From contig NC_043004.1 of NCBI RefSeq assembly GCF_006345805.1, positions 36,518,001 through 36,582,000 on the forward strand: 64,000 nt of DNA, in the 5' to 3' direction. Made by a program: the position numbers and the translations under genes. Each line of letters begins with the position of its first letter. Position 1 is the first letter of the stretch. The notes beneath the pieces are model-generated. The model was given only the letters and a program-made list of their open reading frames with translations. It made no database searches and had not been told where the DNA came from. This DNA comes from Octopus sinensis (lineage: Eukaryota). Positions 1 to 12,309 of this stretch are shown piece by piece.

Positions 1-102
1 TACCACCACGGATATATATATATACATACCTATATTTAAGAATATCATGTATATATGAATGCTTATTGCCTATATATGATATATGCGTGTGTGTGTGTGT
101 CA

Positions 103-142
<40 letters not shown>

Positions 143-144
<2 letters not shown>

Positions 145-345
145 CCAATCATGAAAACACAAAGAGAAAACACAACAACGCGAGGACGTGGAACAAGTAT
201 AGTGTTATTTGGACGCTCAGGAAAGAAGGCAGGTTTAACGTTTCGAGCGGAGCTCTTCGTTAGAAACATAGGATAAGGAAAGAGCCAAAGAAGGGAAGAC
301 GGAGGAAAAAATCGCCAACGGTACACACGCGGTCACATTTTGGAT
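143..345 (-). mobile_element. Penelope-like pseudo-LTR fragment abutting (TA)n, with minimal hammerhead motif
   Basis: Homologous to 55365-55568 in the opposite orientation. Both copies end at a (TA)n tract. The minus strand reads GTTT-CTAACGA-AGAGCTCCGCTC-GAAAC-GTT-AAAC. Confidence 0.6.
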
Positions 346-1108
346 TTATGAGTATACGTTTATATGTACGTATGTTTAAATGTAAGGAGATAATTGGCAG
401 TAGCGTTACAGGCTCGAGTAGATTGCTTTAATCGTTACACATATCTAAAAACTTTCTTTTCAACAAATAAAGATGAAGGATTGATGCTTCTCTCCCTCAC
501 TTTTTATGGACCTTTTATCCCACTGGACTGAGTCGGCCATACGAAGTTGCAGCCCCATCACATGTGTCCTGATGATTGAAATCCTGAGAATCGTTATCAG
601 ACTACAGACGTTCTCGTAAGGGTTAAGAATTAGGAAATGATGATGATACCGTGACCGACAGTGAAAGTAACACATCTCTCTCTCTCCTTCTCTCTCTTCC
701 TCTCTCTTTCACACACAAACATAAGTACGTGCATGCACACGCGAGTGAGTAATATTAATAAACGAAGATAATAAGATTGGAATTTTAGGCTTCATACAAC
801 ATATACGTTTCAGTTAGTTGAGTCGTTATTACTTACTTCCTCACCACTTACTTCTTCACCATTCTAAGAAAAAGATAGCTTTTGGTAACACAATGTGCCT
901 TCCAGAGCACTTGGTATTGTACATTTGTTTGGGCGGAGAGGTACTTGGATTTAATATAGTAAATACAACTTATAGCCTTATGAACTCTATGAATATTCTG
1001 GTAAAATTTCGAAAATATTCGCTGATTTTCATAACTTTAGTACGAATCTAGACGCTACAAAGTCTAATATAACACCAATGCAAACAGATAGCAAACTCTG
1101 TCTCCGTC

Positions 1109-1150
<42 letters not shown>

Positions 1151-1364
1151 TGTGTGTGTGTGTGTGGTGTGTGTGTGTGTGTGTGTGTGTGATTTAAAGC
1201 AAAAACGCCTGAGATTGAATAACTGCGCTGGAATTTTTACGGAAATCTTTAACAAAAACGAACATTTTACGAAAATGACACTAACCATTAATCGACGATT
1301 AATTTTAAAGGTGAAGGCCCAATCCCAGGGGGTGCACAGCGGAAGGCAATATTAGATATAGGAG

Positions 1365-1600
1365 GACATCCTTATTTTGCTTTGGCTCAGGTTCGAGCTT
1401 ATTCCCGGTAGGATTTATGCGGGTAGCGGGTTACTACCGGTAACCTTTGGTATCCACAAGTTTTCAGAAGTCTTCAAGTGCTTAGAACCCTCCTGATAAT
1501 CCTTGCTGTCCCTAAGACGCAAAATTTCTAGAGGAGCTCTACCGGGCATTCTATTTCAATTTCCTTTGGCCATTTATCTTGGGGTCAGCCATTTCTCTTA
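1365..1600 (-). mobile_element. R4/Dong-type (RLE) LINE 3' fragment
   Basis: Minus strand encodes EIECPVELL*KFCVLGTARIIRRVLST*, matching the LGTARIxRxVL C-terminus of R4/Dong-clade ORFs, followed by a 3' UTR. Confidence 0.65.
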
Positions 1601-1734
1601 ACTTACTATCCCCCAAAAATAATTATTGTAGGCATAACCTTTACTGTTTTCATGCTCCAAATTCTTCCTATTTCAAATTTTATGGGGATTGTATTTTTCC
1701 TCCCTTTTTCTTTACAATCCTGGATGATTGGTCG

Positions 1735-1773
<39 letters not shown>

Positions 1774-1775
<2 letters not shown>

Positions 1776-2135
1776 GGCAGTGAGCTGGCAGAATTGTTAG
1801 TACGCCGGACGAAACGTTTAGTAGTATTTCGTATGCCGTTACGTTCTGAGTTCAAATTCCGCCCAGGGCGACTTTGCCTTTCATCCTTTCGGGGTCGATT
1901 AAATAAGTACCAGTTACGCACTGGGGCCGATATAATCGACTTAATTTGTTTGTCTGTCTTTGTTTGTCCTCTCTGTGTTTAGCCCCTTGTGGGTAGTAAA
2001 GAAATAGGTATTTCGTCTGCCGTTACGTTTTGTGATCTAATTCCGCCGAAGTCGCCTTTCATCCTTTCAGGGTCGATAAATGAAGTACTGGTTGAGTACT
2101 GGGGTTGATGTGATCGACTGTCTCCCTCCCCACAG
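1774..2135 (+). mobile_element. tRNA-derived SINE family B, head plus two tandem body units
   Basis: A-box-like ggcagtgagctggcagaa and B-box-like gagttcaaattcc. Junction gaaatag|gtatttcg at 2007/2008. Flanked by (ATT)n. Confidence 0.85.
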
Positions 2136-2157
2136 GATTATTATTATTGTTGTTGTT

Positions 2158-2432
2158 TTACTTCTCAGAGAGCTCGCTCCTGTTTGTTCTGACAGATTCT
2201 GTGAGAGCGGACAGCAGCCTGCTGTCAGAGGTCTTACAGGGTCTCTTTCCGCACATTATAAGTTTTGATGCCTGGTTGTTAAGTATCGTGGGAGATATTC
2301 AACATCCAAGTACCAATCTCAAAATCCTAGCTTTCCCCAACAGAGTAATGTTGGGGGCTTGCTCTGCTCTCATGTCAATTCCGATTTCTCTGATATATTT
2401 CTCGAACGTGGTTTTTAATGCTCGAAGCGCTT
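2158..2432 (-). mobile_element. R4/Dong-type LINE 3' fragment in a trinucleotide repeat
   Basis: Minus strand ALRALKTTFEKYIREIGIDMRAEQAPNITLLGKARILRLVLGC* plus 3' UTR ending in taaaacaacaacaataataataat. Confidence 0.7.
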
Positions 2433-3099
2433 CTACATCATCATCATCATCACCAAAAGTAGTAGTAGTAGTAGTAGTAGTAGTGAAGAAAAAGAAGTGT
2501 TATGCACATTAATATTTCTTGCTAAGGAAATTACTTAACAGCATGAAACTTCTTGTTCTGTTCTTTAAGAAATATTTTATTTCACGGACAGACAACAACA
2601 ACAACAACAACAACAACAAAAACCTTATTTCAAATATGCAAATCAGATACAAAAAATCAATATCTTAACCCGTTTTATTTAGAAACTAGTATTGTCTTCC
2701 ATGTTGTTATATCAGCATCAGTTCTCTATAGATCCATTTTCAGAGTGAATTTACTCTTGGTTTCACTTCATTTCAACAATACTTCACCGTCTTCAGTTTA
2801 GTATATTTATTGTGCGAGAGCAAACTCATTCTCTTTTCCTTTCTATATATCTCTTTGCTGATTAGTTTTCTTTACTTGTTCTCATTTATTTTTTCAATAA
2901 ATCTACAGCTAAAATTTTCATAATTTCGTTATTGTATCGAACGATATTTATAAACATTGGCAGGTCTTCCTGCTACTCATTCCATTTTATTATACACGTA
3001 CAGGTTATGTTGTGGTATCTGCATATATTCTTCCTCCACACGCACACACATACACGCACATATTCTTGTTTATACCTCTATGTTCAAATACAGCTTTGT

Positions 3100-3765
<666 letters not shown>

Positions 3766-4801
3766 AAAAGACACATTAACATGTATATAATGTATCTTAC
3801 TCATGAAAGAAATGAATAAAAGACAAACATAAGATAGCGGAATTAAAATAATATACATCTGAACTGTTGGTGGGGTGGGTGGGGCGAGGGAAAATGTTTA
3901 TGAGTTTCTGTATGTTTATATACACAAGTATATGTCTACAACGAATGTACGTTTATTAATATATGCGTTAGTTGGGAAGTTTTACATTCAGTAGAATTCC
4001 ATCACCACTACCACCACTACCACCCTCACTTAACAAAACCTATTGTTTATTTGGTTGCAAGTGAGGCTGAAATCAGCGCTGTAATTAATTGTAAAATCAA
4101 TTTATATTCACTGAACCTTCTTCTTTGATATATGCTTCAATCATTCTCTATTACTCTAATTTGTAAGCAAGTTTTACTTATATTGTCTTCTCTTTTACTA
4201 GTTGACTGTTCTTCAGTTGAATACACCTGTTCTGAAATTGAATTTTACAAAAAAATAATCCGCATACAAGCACCTAATCTTTTTAATACTTTCTTTTTAC
4301 GCAGACAATAAACATAGACAAGTCTATTCATTGTTGATTACACCTGTTCGTCAATTAAACAAAATACAAATACATAGAGATGCCCTCTCCACTAACGTTG
4401 TCAGCATTCAACGAAATCTTCGTGAATGTACTTAGACTGAAAAAAGAACACTTTCATATGCGATTCTGTTTTTTTTATAAACTGACGCCAGTATTCAGAG
4501 CTATCAATTTTAAAGACTCTAGTGTACGATTTTGCTTTATTTCACCTAGTAGTAGTAGCAGTAGAAGCAGCAGCAGCAGGTTATTCAACTCTTCCATTGT
4601 AAATAGAAGACACTCTATTATAGAAATGTGAGGTTATATGCTATTTCCCTATAGCCAGTATTAAAAATTTCTTTTTGTTAATTATTTCACTAGGGAAGGT
4701 ATCATTAATTATTTCTGGTTTAGACACAAGGTCAGCAAGAAGGGGATCAGTCGATACCAACGTCTTCAATACTTGGCTATGATTTTAATATTTTGGTTCC
4801 A

Positions 4802-5195
4802 GGCGCAGGAGTGGCTGTGTGGTAAGTAGCTTGCTAACCAGCCACATGGTTCCGGGTTCAGTCCCACTGCGTGGCATCTTGGGCAAGTGTCTTCTACTAT
4901 AGCCCCGGGCCGACCAATGCCTTGTGAGTGGATTTGGTAGACGGAAACTGAAAGAAGCCTGTCGTATAAATGTATATATATATGTGTGTGTTTGTGTTTG
5001 TCCCCCTAGCATTGCTTGACAACCGATGCTGGTGTGTTTACGTCCCCGTCACTTAGCGGTTCGGCAAAAGAAACCGATAGAATAAGTACTGGGCTTACAA
5101 AGAATAAGTCCCAGGGTCGATTTGCTCGACTAAAAGGCGGTGCTCCAGCATGGCCGGAGTCAAATGACTGAAACAAGTAAAAGAGTAAAAGAGTA
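4802..5195 (+). mobile_element. tRNA-derived SINE family A, full length
   Basis: Head ggcgcaggagtggctgtgtggtaag...ggttcagtcccact, CORE-like cttgggcaagtgtct, internal TA/TG tract, tail gaaacaagtaaaagagtaaaagag. Nearly identical to 17153-17565. Confidence 0.9.
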
Positions 5196-5607
5196 AGACT
5201 GAGGAGAGACGAAGTTCGCTTCGACAGAATTTGAACGCAGAAAGAAAAGAGCTGGAAAAAATACCGCAAACATTTCTTCCAAACCACCACATTTAGAAAG
5301 ATATCAATATTCTAAAATCTAATAATACATAAATTGAACATAATTAACTATAATAACTATAATAGTTATAATGACCAACTCTAACTACTCCCAGGACTGA
5401 GTCCTTTCACCTCATATTGGCAGCTAAATTTGCCACAAAACATTTCCTACTATCCTAAAAAATTAAGCTCAGCAACGGGCTGAGCTTAATTGTTTGTCTG
5501 TCCTTGTATGTCCCCTCTATGTAACGCCTTAATGGCGAGTTTTCATGAAATAAAGTAGCTTAGTTCCAAGCCACATGGCTCCGGCACCTTGAGCAAATGT
5601 CTACTAT

Positions 5608-5838
5608 ATATTTCTTTATTGCCCACAAGAGGCTAAATATAGAGGGGACAAACGAGGACAGACAAAGAGATTAAGTCGATTATATCGACCCCAGTGCGTA
5701 ACTTGTACTTAATTTATCTACCCCGAAAGGATGAAAGGCAAAGTCGACCTCGGCGGAATTTGAACTCACAACGTAACGACAAACGAAATACCGCTAAGAA
5801 TTTTGCCCGGCGCGCTAACGTTTCTGCCAGCTCGCCTT
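5608..5838 (-). mobile_element. SINE family B monomer
   Basis: Reverse complement of the family B consensus from head (ggcgagctggcagaaacgttag) to tail (taaagaaata). Confidence 0.88.
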
Positions 5839-5850
5839 ATTTATATATAT

Positions 5851-5904
<54 letters not shown>

Positions 5905-5907
<3 letters not shown>

Positions 5908-6031
5908 CAATATAATGTACAATGAGATATATTAAAATATATACTGCATACACACAAACAATATATATATATATTATATATATAAATGTACAATGAGATA
6001 TATTAAAATATATACTGCATACACACAAACA

Positions 6032-6081
<50 letters not shown>

Positions 6082-6133
6082 TGTGTGTATGCAGTATATA
6101 TTTTAATATATCTCATTGTACATTATATTGTAT
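5905..6133. repeat. ~55-bp unit present twice in direct and once in inverted orientation, separated by (TA)n
   Basis: aatgtacaatgagatatattaaaatatatactgcatacacacaaacaat at ~5914 and ~5985; reverse complement at ~6075-6133. Confidence 0.9.
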
Positions 6134-6217
6134 ATTATACAATATCTTAAATACATTTATATATCCTATATCATATTGTATCTTATTGTATATTTATAGC
6201 ATTTCTCATAGCCGGTG

Positions 6218-6289
6218 CGTACGTAGGTGTAAATGGCAGCACACTATTCGCAAAAACACAGAGGTGTCGGTTCGAAACCTACGCGTACG
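6218..6289 (+). pseudogene. Degenerate tRNA-like cloverleaf (tRNA pseudogene or isolated SINE head)
   Basis: 72 nt. Acceptor CGTACGT/GCGTACG, D stem GTGT/ACAC, T arm GTCGG-TTCGAAA-CCTAC, T run at ~6301. The anticodon stem pairs poorly and position 8 is A. Confidence 0.4.
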
Positions 6290-6388
6290 GAAAACCCATA
6301 TTTTTTTCTCTCGATTACTTTCTTTAGTCAATACACGGTGATCGTTTATAAGATTTAAGCTCATAAAATATCATTATTATTTTATGAA

Positions 6389-6600
6389 GGCGACGAGCTG
6401 ACAGAATCAGTGGCGCACTGGACGAAATGCTTAGCGATATTTCGTCCGGCGCTACGTTCTGAGTTCGGATTCCGCCTAGGTCAACTTCAACTTTCATATT
6501 TTCGGAGTCGATAAAATAAGTACTAGTTGAACAGCGGGATCAATGTAATCGACTGATCCTCTCCCCCAAAAGGGGTGCCCTTGTAAAATTTGAAACCTTT
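6389..6600 (+). mobile_element. SINE family B, short-tail subtype
   Basis: ggcgacgagctgacagaatc...gagttcggattcc...gtcgataaaataagtac...atcgactgatcctctcccccaaaa. Confidence 0.8.
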
Positions 6601-6777
6601 ATTATTATTTGCAGAATTGTAAAATTCGGCACTGCTTTTCAAAAACATCGCACACACATTATATATATATATATATATATATATTCATAAGATACATATA
6701 TAGGGTAGCTAATATTCGTCATAAATATCACTACCAGTGGCCTAACATGTATAAATAGTTAATAGACAACATATTCC

Positions 6778-7189
6778 TATTTTAAAATAGTGTACATTTA
6801 AACACAAAAGAAAAATAATCCTTTAACAGGTAATTTTTTACATGCTAGAAATAGCACCAACATATAATGACGGGACACATGTTCTTGTCTCAGAATTATA
6901 AGTTAGTCATTGAGGCCGGTTACTGACGAGAAATTCGCCTCGCAATTATATTATTTTGATAATTCAACTATCAAAGAATGGCAAATAATGTTGTTTGCTA
7001 AAGAAATTTCGAAACCATGGTATAACCGATAATAAATAACAAGGTAAAGGCTTTCATTTTTCAATTACTTCGAAAATTGCTATTAAATCGTGGTTTTGGC
7101 CGTGTTGGCTGCTATTTCTAGCATGTAAAAAGTTACCTGTTAAAGGATGATTTTTCTTTTGTGTTTAAATGTACCACTATTTTAAAATA
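6778..7189. mobile_element. MITE with ~85-bp terminal inverted repeats
   Basis: Left arm tattttaaaatagtgtacatttaaacacaaaagaaaaataatcctttaacaggtaattttttacatgctagaaatagc; near-exact reverse complement at ~7103-7189. No internal ORF. Confidence 0.8.
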
Positions 7190-9887
7190 TGTATATATAT
7201 ATATATATATTAAAAGTAAGCAACAAGAATATCTTCACTTGAATCTAAATATTGCTGAACTTATATATATATATACAGAGAGAGAGAGAGAGAGAGAGGG
7301 TAGATATTGTATGTTGTAACACATTTGGCATGGAAATATCCCATTTGCTTTACTAGCAAACGTTTATGTAAACAAGAATTTAAAGTGGTGACGCAAAAGG
7401 CTGTCTAGAAGCTATCAATTCCTCAATAACCCACAAATAAAAATTGAAAACTTTAAAAAAGATAACTGATGCTGTGGGCTGCGGCCGGGGCTTTTGTACA
7501 CCCTAATATAGAAAATATTCTAGTTTGTAGATCAGTTTAGTGGTGTGATGTCCACATTGATTTATTTTCGTTTCCTGTAATTCTCAAAGTTAGAAAAGAG
7601 AACCATACATTTTTTGCAAACTATTGTCTGCTACGACAGAACCATAACGTTTTTGCCAACTTTTGTATACCATTTTTGATTATGTCTGTTGATATAATCG
7701 ATTGACTCGTCGTTAGTAAGTTATTGCTACATTTTAATCGAAACTAGAGATGACAAAGTGACCTTGGTGAGATTAGAAATGGTAAAGTAAGGCATTTAAC
7801 GTTTTGTTCCACTGCTTCTGCCGCACGGCCACTCATCAGACTCAATATTGAACAAGGAAAGTCAAAAGTCTTTGCAATAAGTTCATTATAATACTTAATA
7901 GTTTCAACCTGAATGGGTTATTATCTACGCTTGACTGGTTAGCTGGGTAATATGCTCCCACCCTCCCAAAATCTAGAGACGCCAGTCAGATTTTCTTCAC
8001 TGTACGTCTTTCTTTCCTTCGACATTCATTTATTGATTCATTCCTTCCTTTCTCTCTCCTTCGTCATCGCCCTTTCTTCATTATTTTCCAATGTCGTTTT
8101 TTTTTTGTTTATTATTCTCTAGTTTCTTCTGCAATGCCTACATGTCAAAATATGTTTAATCCTTTTTAAGACATCTTACAATGAAAATAAAATTTTAATA
8201 TATATTGTTTTGTCTTTTAAATTTTGTGTAACTTAATTTTAGTTAGATGTTCCTTTTTACTTTCTTTGCGATTGGTGGTGTTTAATGGAGGGAGGCAGCA
8301 TCACTGCCACTCGACTCGAAGCTATTAACTGAAAAAGCAAACGAAAAAAATTGTCGGATTTATGTCAAAGGAAATGTCAGGAATAACTTTTCCGAAATAC
8401 ATCAAAGTCCCCACCACGCACACACCTTTGTCATACGTAATGTGTGCGAGTGGATAGATTTGATTCCTGGCGTGAAGAATAGCATGTATGTGCGCGCGTG
8501 TGTGGTGTGTATATATATATATGTGTGTGTGTGTGCATGTATATATGTATGTATGTATATATATATTTATGCATGTGTATATATGTATATGTATATATAT
8601 ATATACACACCTAATATACATATATGTCTCTGTGTATGTATATATATTTATACATGCACACAGAGACGAATGTTTATGTGCATATATCTATGTATGTATA
8701 CTTATAGGTAGGTAGGTAGGTAGATAGATAGATAGATAGATAGATAGATATGAGCATCTGAATTCTGCACTAATACATACAAGCACACATCGAGACCGAA
8801 ACATACATAAGAACGCGCATACACACGTCAGGCATTTTTGCACCAGTGTATGTATGCGTGCGCACCTATATATGTGTGTGTAGAGATATATGGATGTCAA
8901 TGGAATTAAACAACTATACGTATGTATTTTTTGCAAAAATATCAAAATTACCTCACCCACGCACGCACACTTGTTTGCGCGCACAACAAATCGATAACTC
9001 TGTACCACCATTCCAACATAGATTTAGTTAATGCTGCATAGAAATACATTCATTTTAGTACACAAGTGCCTCGCTTCAAAGACAATACACTCTCTCTTCC
9101 CCTCTGTGTGTGTGTGTATGTGTGTATGGGTGGGGGTAGATATAGGTATGTGTGCGAGTTATTTAAAGCTAACACTCATAGTTGTTTAAATAATCGCCCT
9201 AATACAGTGAAAAGAGAAACAAAAGTTCTATCCTTTTGTCTTAATATATGTGTAGATCTTTTTTAATAAGTAGTTACAATGATTTATCTAATCGCTTTAA
9301 CGTACAGAAAACTCTTTTAAACTTGGGTCACCACAAAAGTTTTTCACCTCATTTCCTTCAGTTTGATTTCATAATTTACAATTTTATTTTTAATCATTTT
9401 CACTCTCTGATTATTTTTTTCCAATTACAGTTCCTCTAATATCGGTCAAATGTCTTCCTCTATTATTCGTCATATGATTCAGTCAAACATGGGCTTCTTT
9501 TTACAGTCTATTCTCTTCCATCTTTCCCTACTTGTAAACCTCTTTTAAACAACAGACATTTGCTCGACGTCTTTAAAAACACAGATTAAATCATTATGTT
9601 TTTCTATTTTCCCATATTTCTACCTCTCTCTTTCTTTCCTTTCCTATCTATCCCTCTCTCTCCCTTTCACCCTCTTACTGGAATCCTCTCTCGATAATTC
9701 ATTGTCTTGTTTAAAAATTATTCTATTTTTATTATTCTTTTCAATTCATTTTGACAATACTTTAAATAAAAGAATAGAAATATTAATTACAGTTCAACTT
9801 CATCAGAATGCATTTAGTTTCATAACAAAACATTTATTAAACTTTCCTACATCATATTTTAATATCATATAGATAACTTACATTATT

Positions 9888-9942
<55 letters not shown>

Positions 9943-10571
9943 AAAACCAAGAGGAAAGTAGAGATTTATTCACATCCAAAACTTTTTTTTATTAAAATGT
10001 TTTCTACAGCATACATACCAATGACCAGCATATAGTTCTACTGCAGCAACTGCACATTGCTCTGTATGCAATTATGCATGCGAGTCATCAAGGTTCCATC
10101 ACTAACGACGTTTTCAAAGTGAACTAATTCAAACAAGCTTCCTGCGTTCGTATTCAGTTGAAGGTGTTAGCGTTTTAAATCAAATTGAATTCTGATCTTC
10201 TAATCCCCTCTACTGGTATTAAAGTTGAATCGTCGTTTGAAAATCTTTATTTTTTTTACAATTAATTGTTTTATTTACATTTTACTCTATGAAGTAAATT
10301 ATTAACTCAGAGGAATTGCGCATATTTTGGGTTTATACCCTCAATTAATAAAATTGTTATTATTATAATTATATTTATTAGTATTATTTGCATAAATATC
10401 ATTTATTGTCATAATCATTATTTTAATTAGTATAATCACTATAGATGGTAAGTTATGTTTCTTTAAATTGTTTAAGCGCATATTTTTATCCAGTGTGGAC
10501 ATCTCATAGCCTGTTCCTGTCAAGTGTTTATAAGAGTAAATTTAGAAGAGACAATTTGGTACATTTCTTCC

Positions 10572-10995
10572 ACGGGAGAAAGTGTGTCTGTGTGGTAAGA
10601 AGTTTGCTTCCCAACCACATGGTCGCGGGTTCAGTCCCACTGCGTGGCACTTTAGGCAAATGCCTTTTGCTATAGCCTCGAGCCGAAATGACTTGTGAGT
10701 GGATTGATTTGTTAGGCGAAAACGGAAAGAAGTCCGTCATATACATATATATGTGTGTGTGTGTGTGTGTGTTGTGTGCATGTCCTTGTTTCTGTGTTTG
10801 TCCTCCTCACCGCTTCACAACCGGTGTTGGTGTGTTTACGTCCCCGTAAATTAGCTGTTCGTCAAAACAAACTGATAGAATAAGTACTGGCCTTAAATGA
10901 AAATTAGTGCTGGGATCAATTAGTTCGACTAAAATTCTTCAAGGCGGTGCCCCAGCATGATTGCAGTCCAATGACTGAAACCAGTAACAAATAAA
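10572..10995 (+). mobile_element. SINE family A, diverged copy
   Basis: Colinear with the copy at 4802 across head, CORE-like segment, internal microsatellite and tail. Confidence 0.85.
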
Positions 10996-11437
10996 TTATA
11001 TATACACTGATAGCTTTTGTTTTGGAAACGCGGAGCTAGGCAAGATTTTATAACACGGTTTGTGTCTCTAAGCCCTCTGTGGGCTCTGAGAACAGGGTCT
11101 GTTTTATTTTGAAATCAGGAATCTGGTACAAGAAAAATGAGGAGTAAAAATGAGAAGCAACACTTCCACTTTTTGAATCCAACTTCTTGTTTTCTCTCGT
11201 GATTTCTCTTGTACCAGCGTCCCGGTTCGTAAATCGAATATACTACGTGCTCAGAGCACACAGATTGCTTGAAGTAACGAGGTGTGCTATTGAAACCACC
11301 TTGGACCTGCGTCTTCAAGCAGCTCGTATCTTTGTACTGTGTACATTAAATATTTATCTTTCATAGGATGGAGTAAGTTTTTGTTGATCTTACCATCACG
11401 CAACAGCAAACTATAAATAAATATATGTGTGTAAATA

Positions 11438-11476
<39 letters not shown>

Positions 11477-11649
11477 GTAGGGTAGGTAGGTAGGTTGGTA
11501 GGTATTTAGCTTTTTATTGAATAATCATTGTTATATTATTCTCCATAAACTGGAGATAAATTCGAATTGATGCTTCTTAACAATGAATGATTTTGTTACT
11601 GATATTTCTGGAAGGATCTTGCCATTCACACACACACACACACACAGAG

Positions 11650-11687
<38 letters not shown>

Positions 11688-11719
11688 CGAATGGCCTACA
11701 CCTGGTAAAGCACGGTCAC

Positions 11720-12270
11720 TTTCACGGTGATCTTTACATATATGGCAAATGAAAGACAGAAGATGGAATATACGAGAATTTATTATTAATCACGACAATT
11801 ATTTCGACACATCTAGTATCGATTCCTTATGAGTGCACCAAACCTCACGTGTGCGTATGCTCACATTTTTGTGGATGCTTGTATGAGTGAGTGTACTCGC
11901 ACCATGCAGCTTGCCCGAGGGGGTTTAAACATCTTTATTTGTTAACCGTTATTTTTAATACTTTCATCGTTGGGTTGTATGTTCGGTTCTGTTTTTGCCA
12001 TGTGTGATTTTATTTTTAATCTATATAAATGAAGATATTTCAACCGTCTGGCTGCTATTATTTCTATAAAACGGAATGTTACATTGCGGAATAGTAATTT
12101 TAACGAGTTCTATTTATTTATAACCCGACGAGATACATCTGCACGGCCGGGTACCTCTGGACCAGTTGTTAAGTGTCCCACCCATGGGGAATCGATGCTA
12201 GATGGGTCGAAACAATTGTGATTAATAAGAAATTCTCGTGTATTCCATCTTCCGTTTGCCAGATATGAAT
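11720..12270. mobile_element. Penelope-like remnant with ~100-bp inverted terminal segments, between (TA)n tracts
   Basis: 11720-11835 is the reverse complement of ~12180-12270 (gatggaata(t/c)acgagaattt...tcgac(a/c)catctag(t/c)atcgattcc). CGAAAC-AATTG-like hammerhead remnant. Confidence 0.5.
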
Positions 12271-12274
12271 ATAT

Positions 12275-12309
<35 letters not shown>

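Noticed and set aside
11383-11420. Minus-strand ttatttatag-17 nt-gtaaga microexon-like pattern
   Set aside because: 17 nt is not frame-preserving in a phase-0 intron, and the pyrimidine tract is weak.
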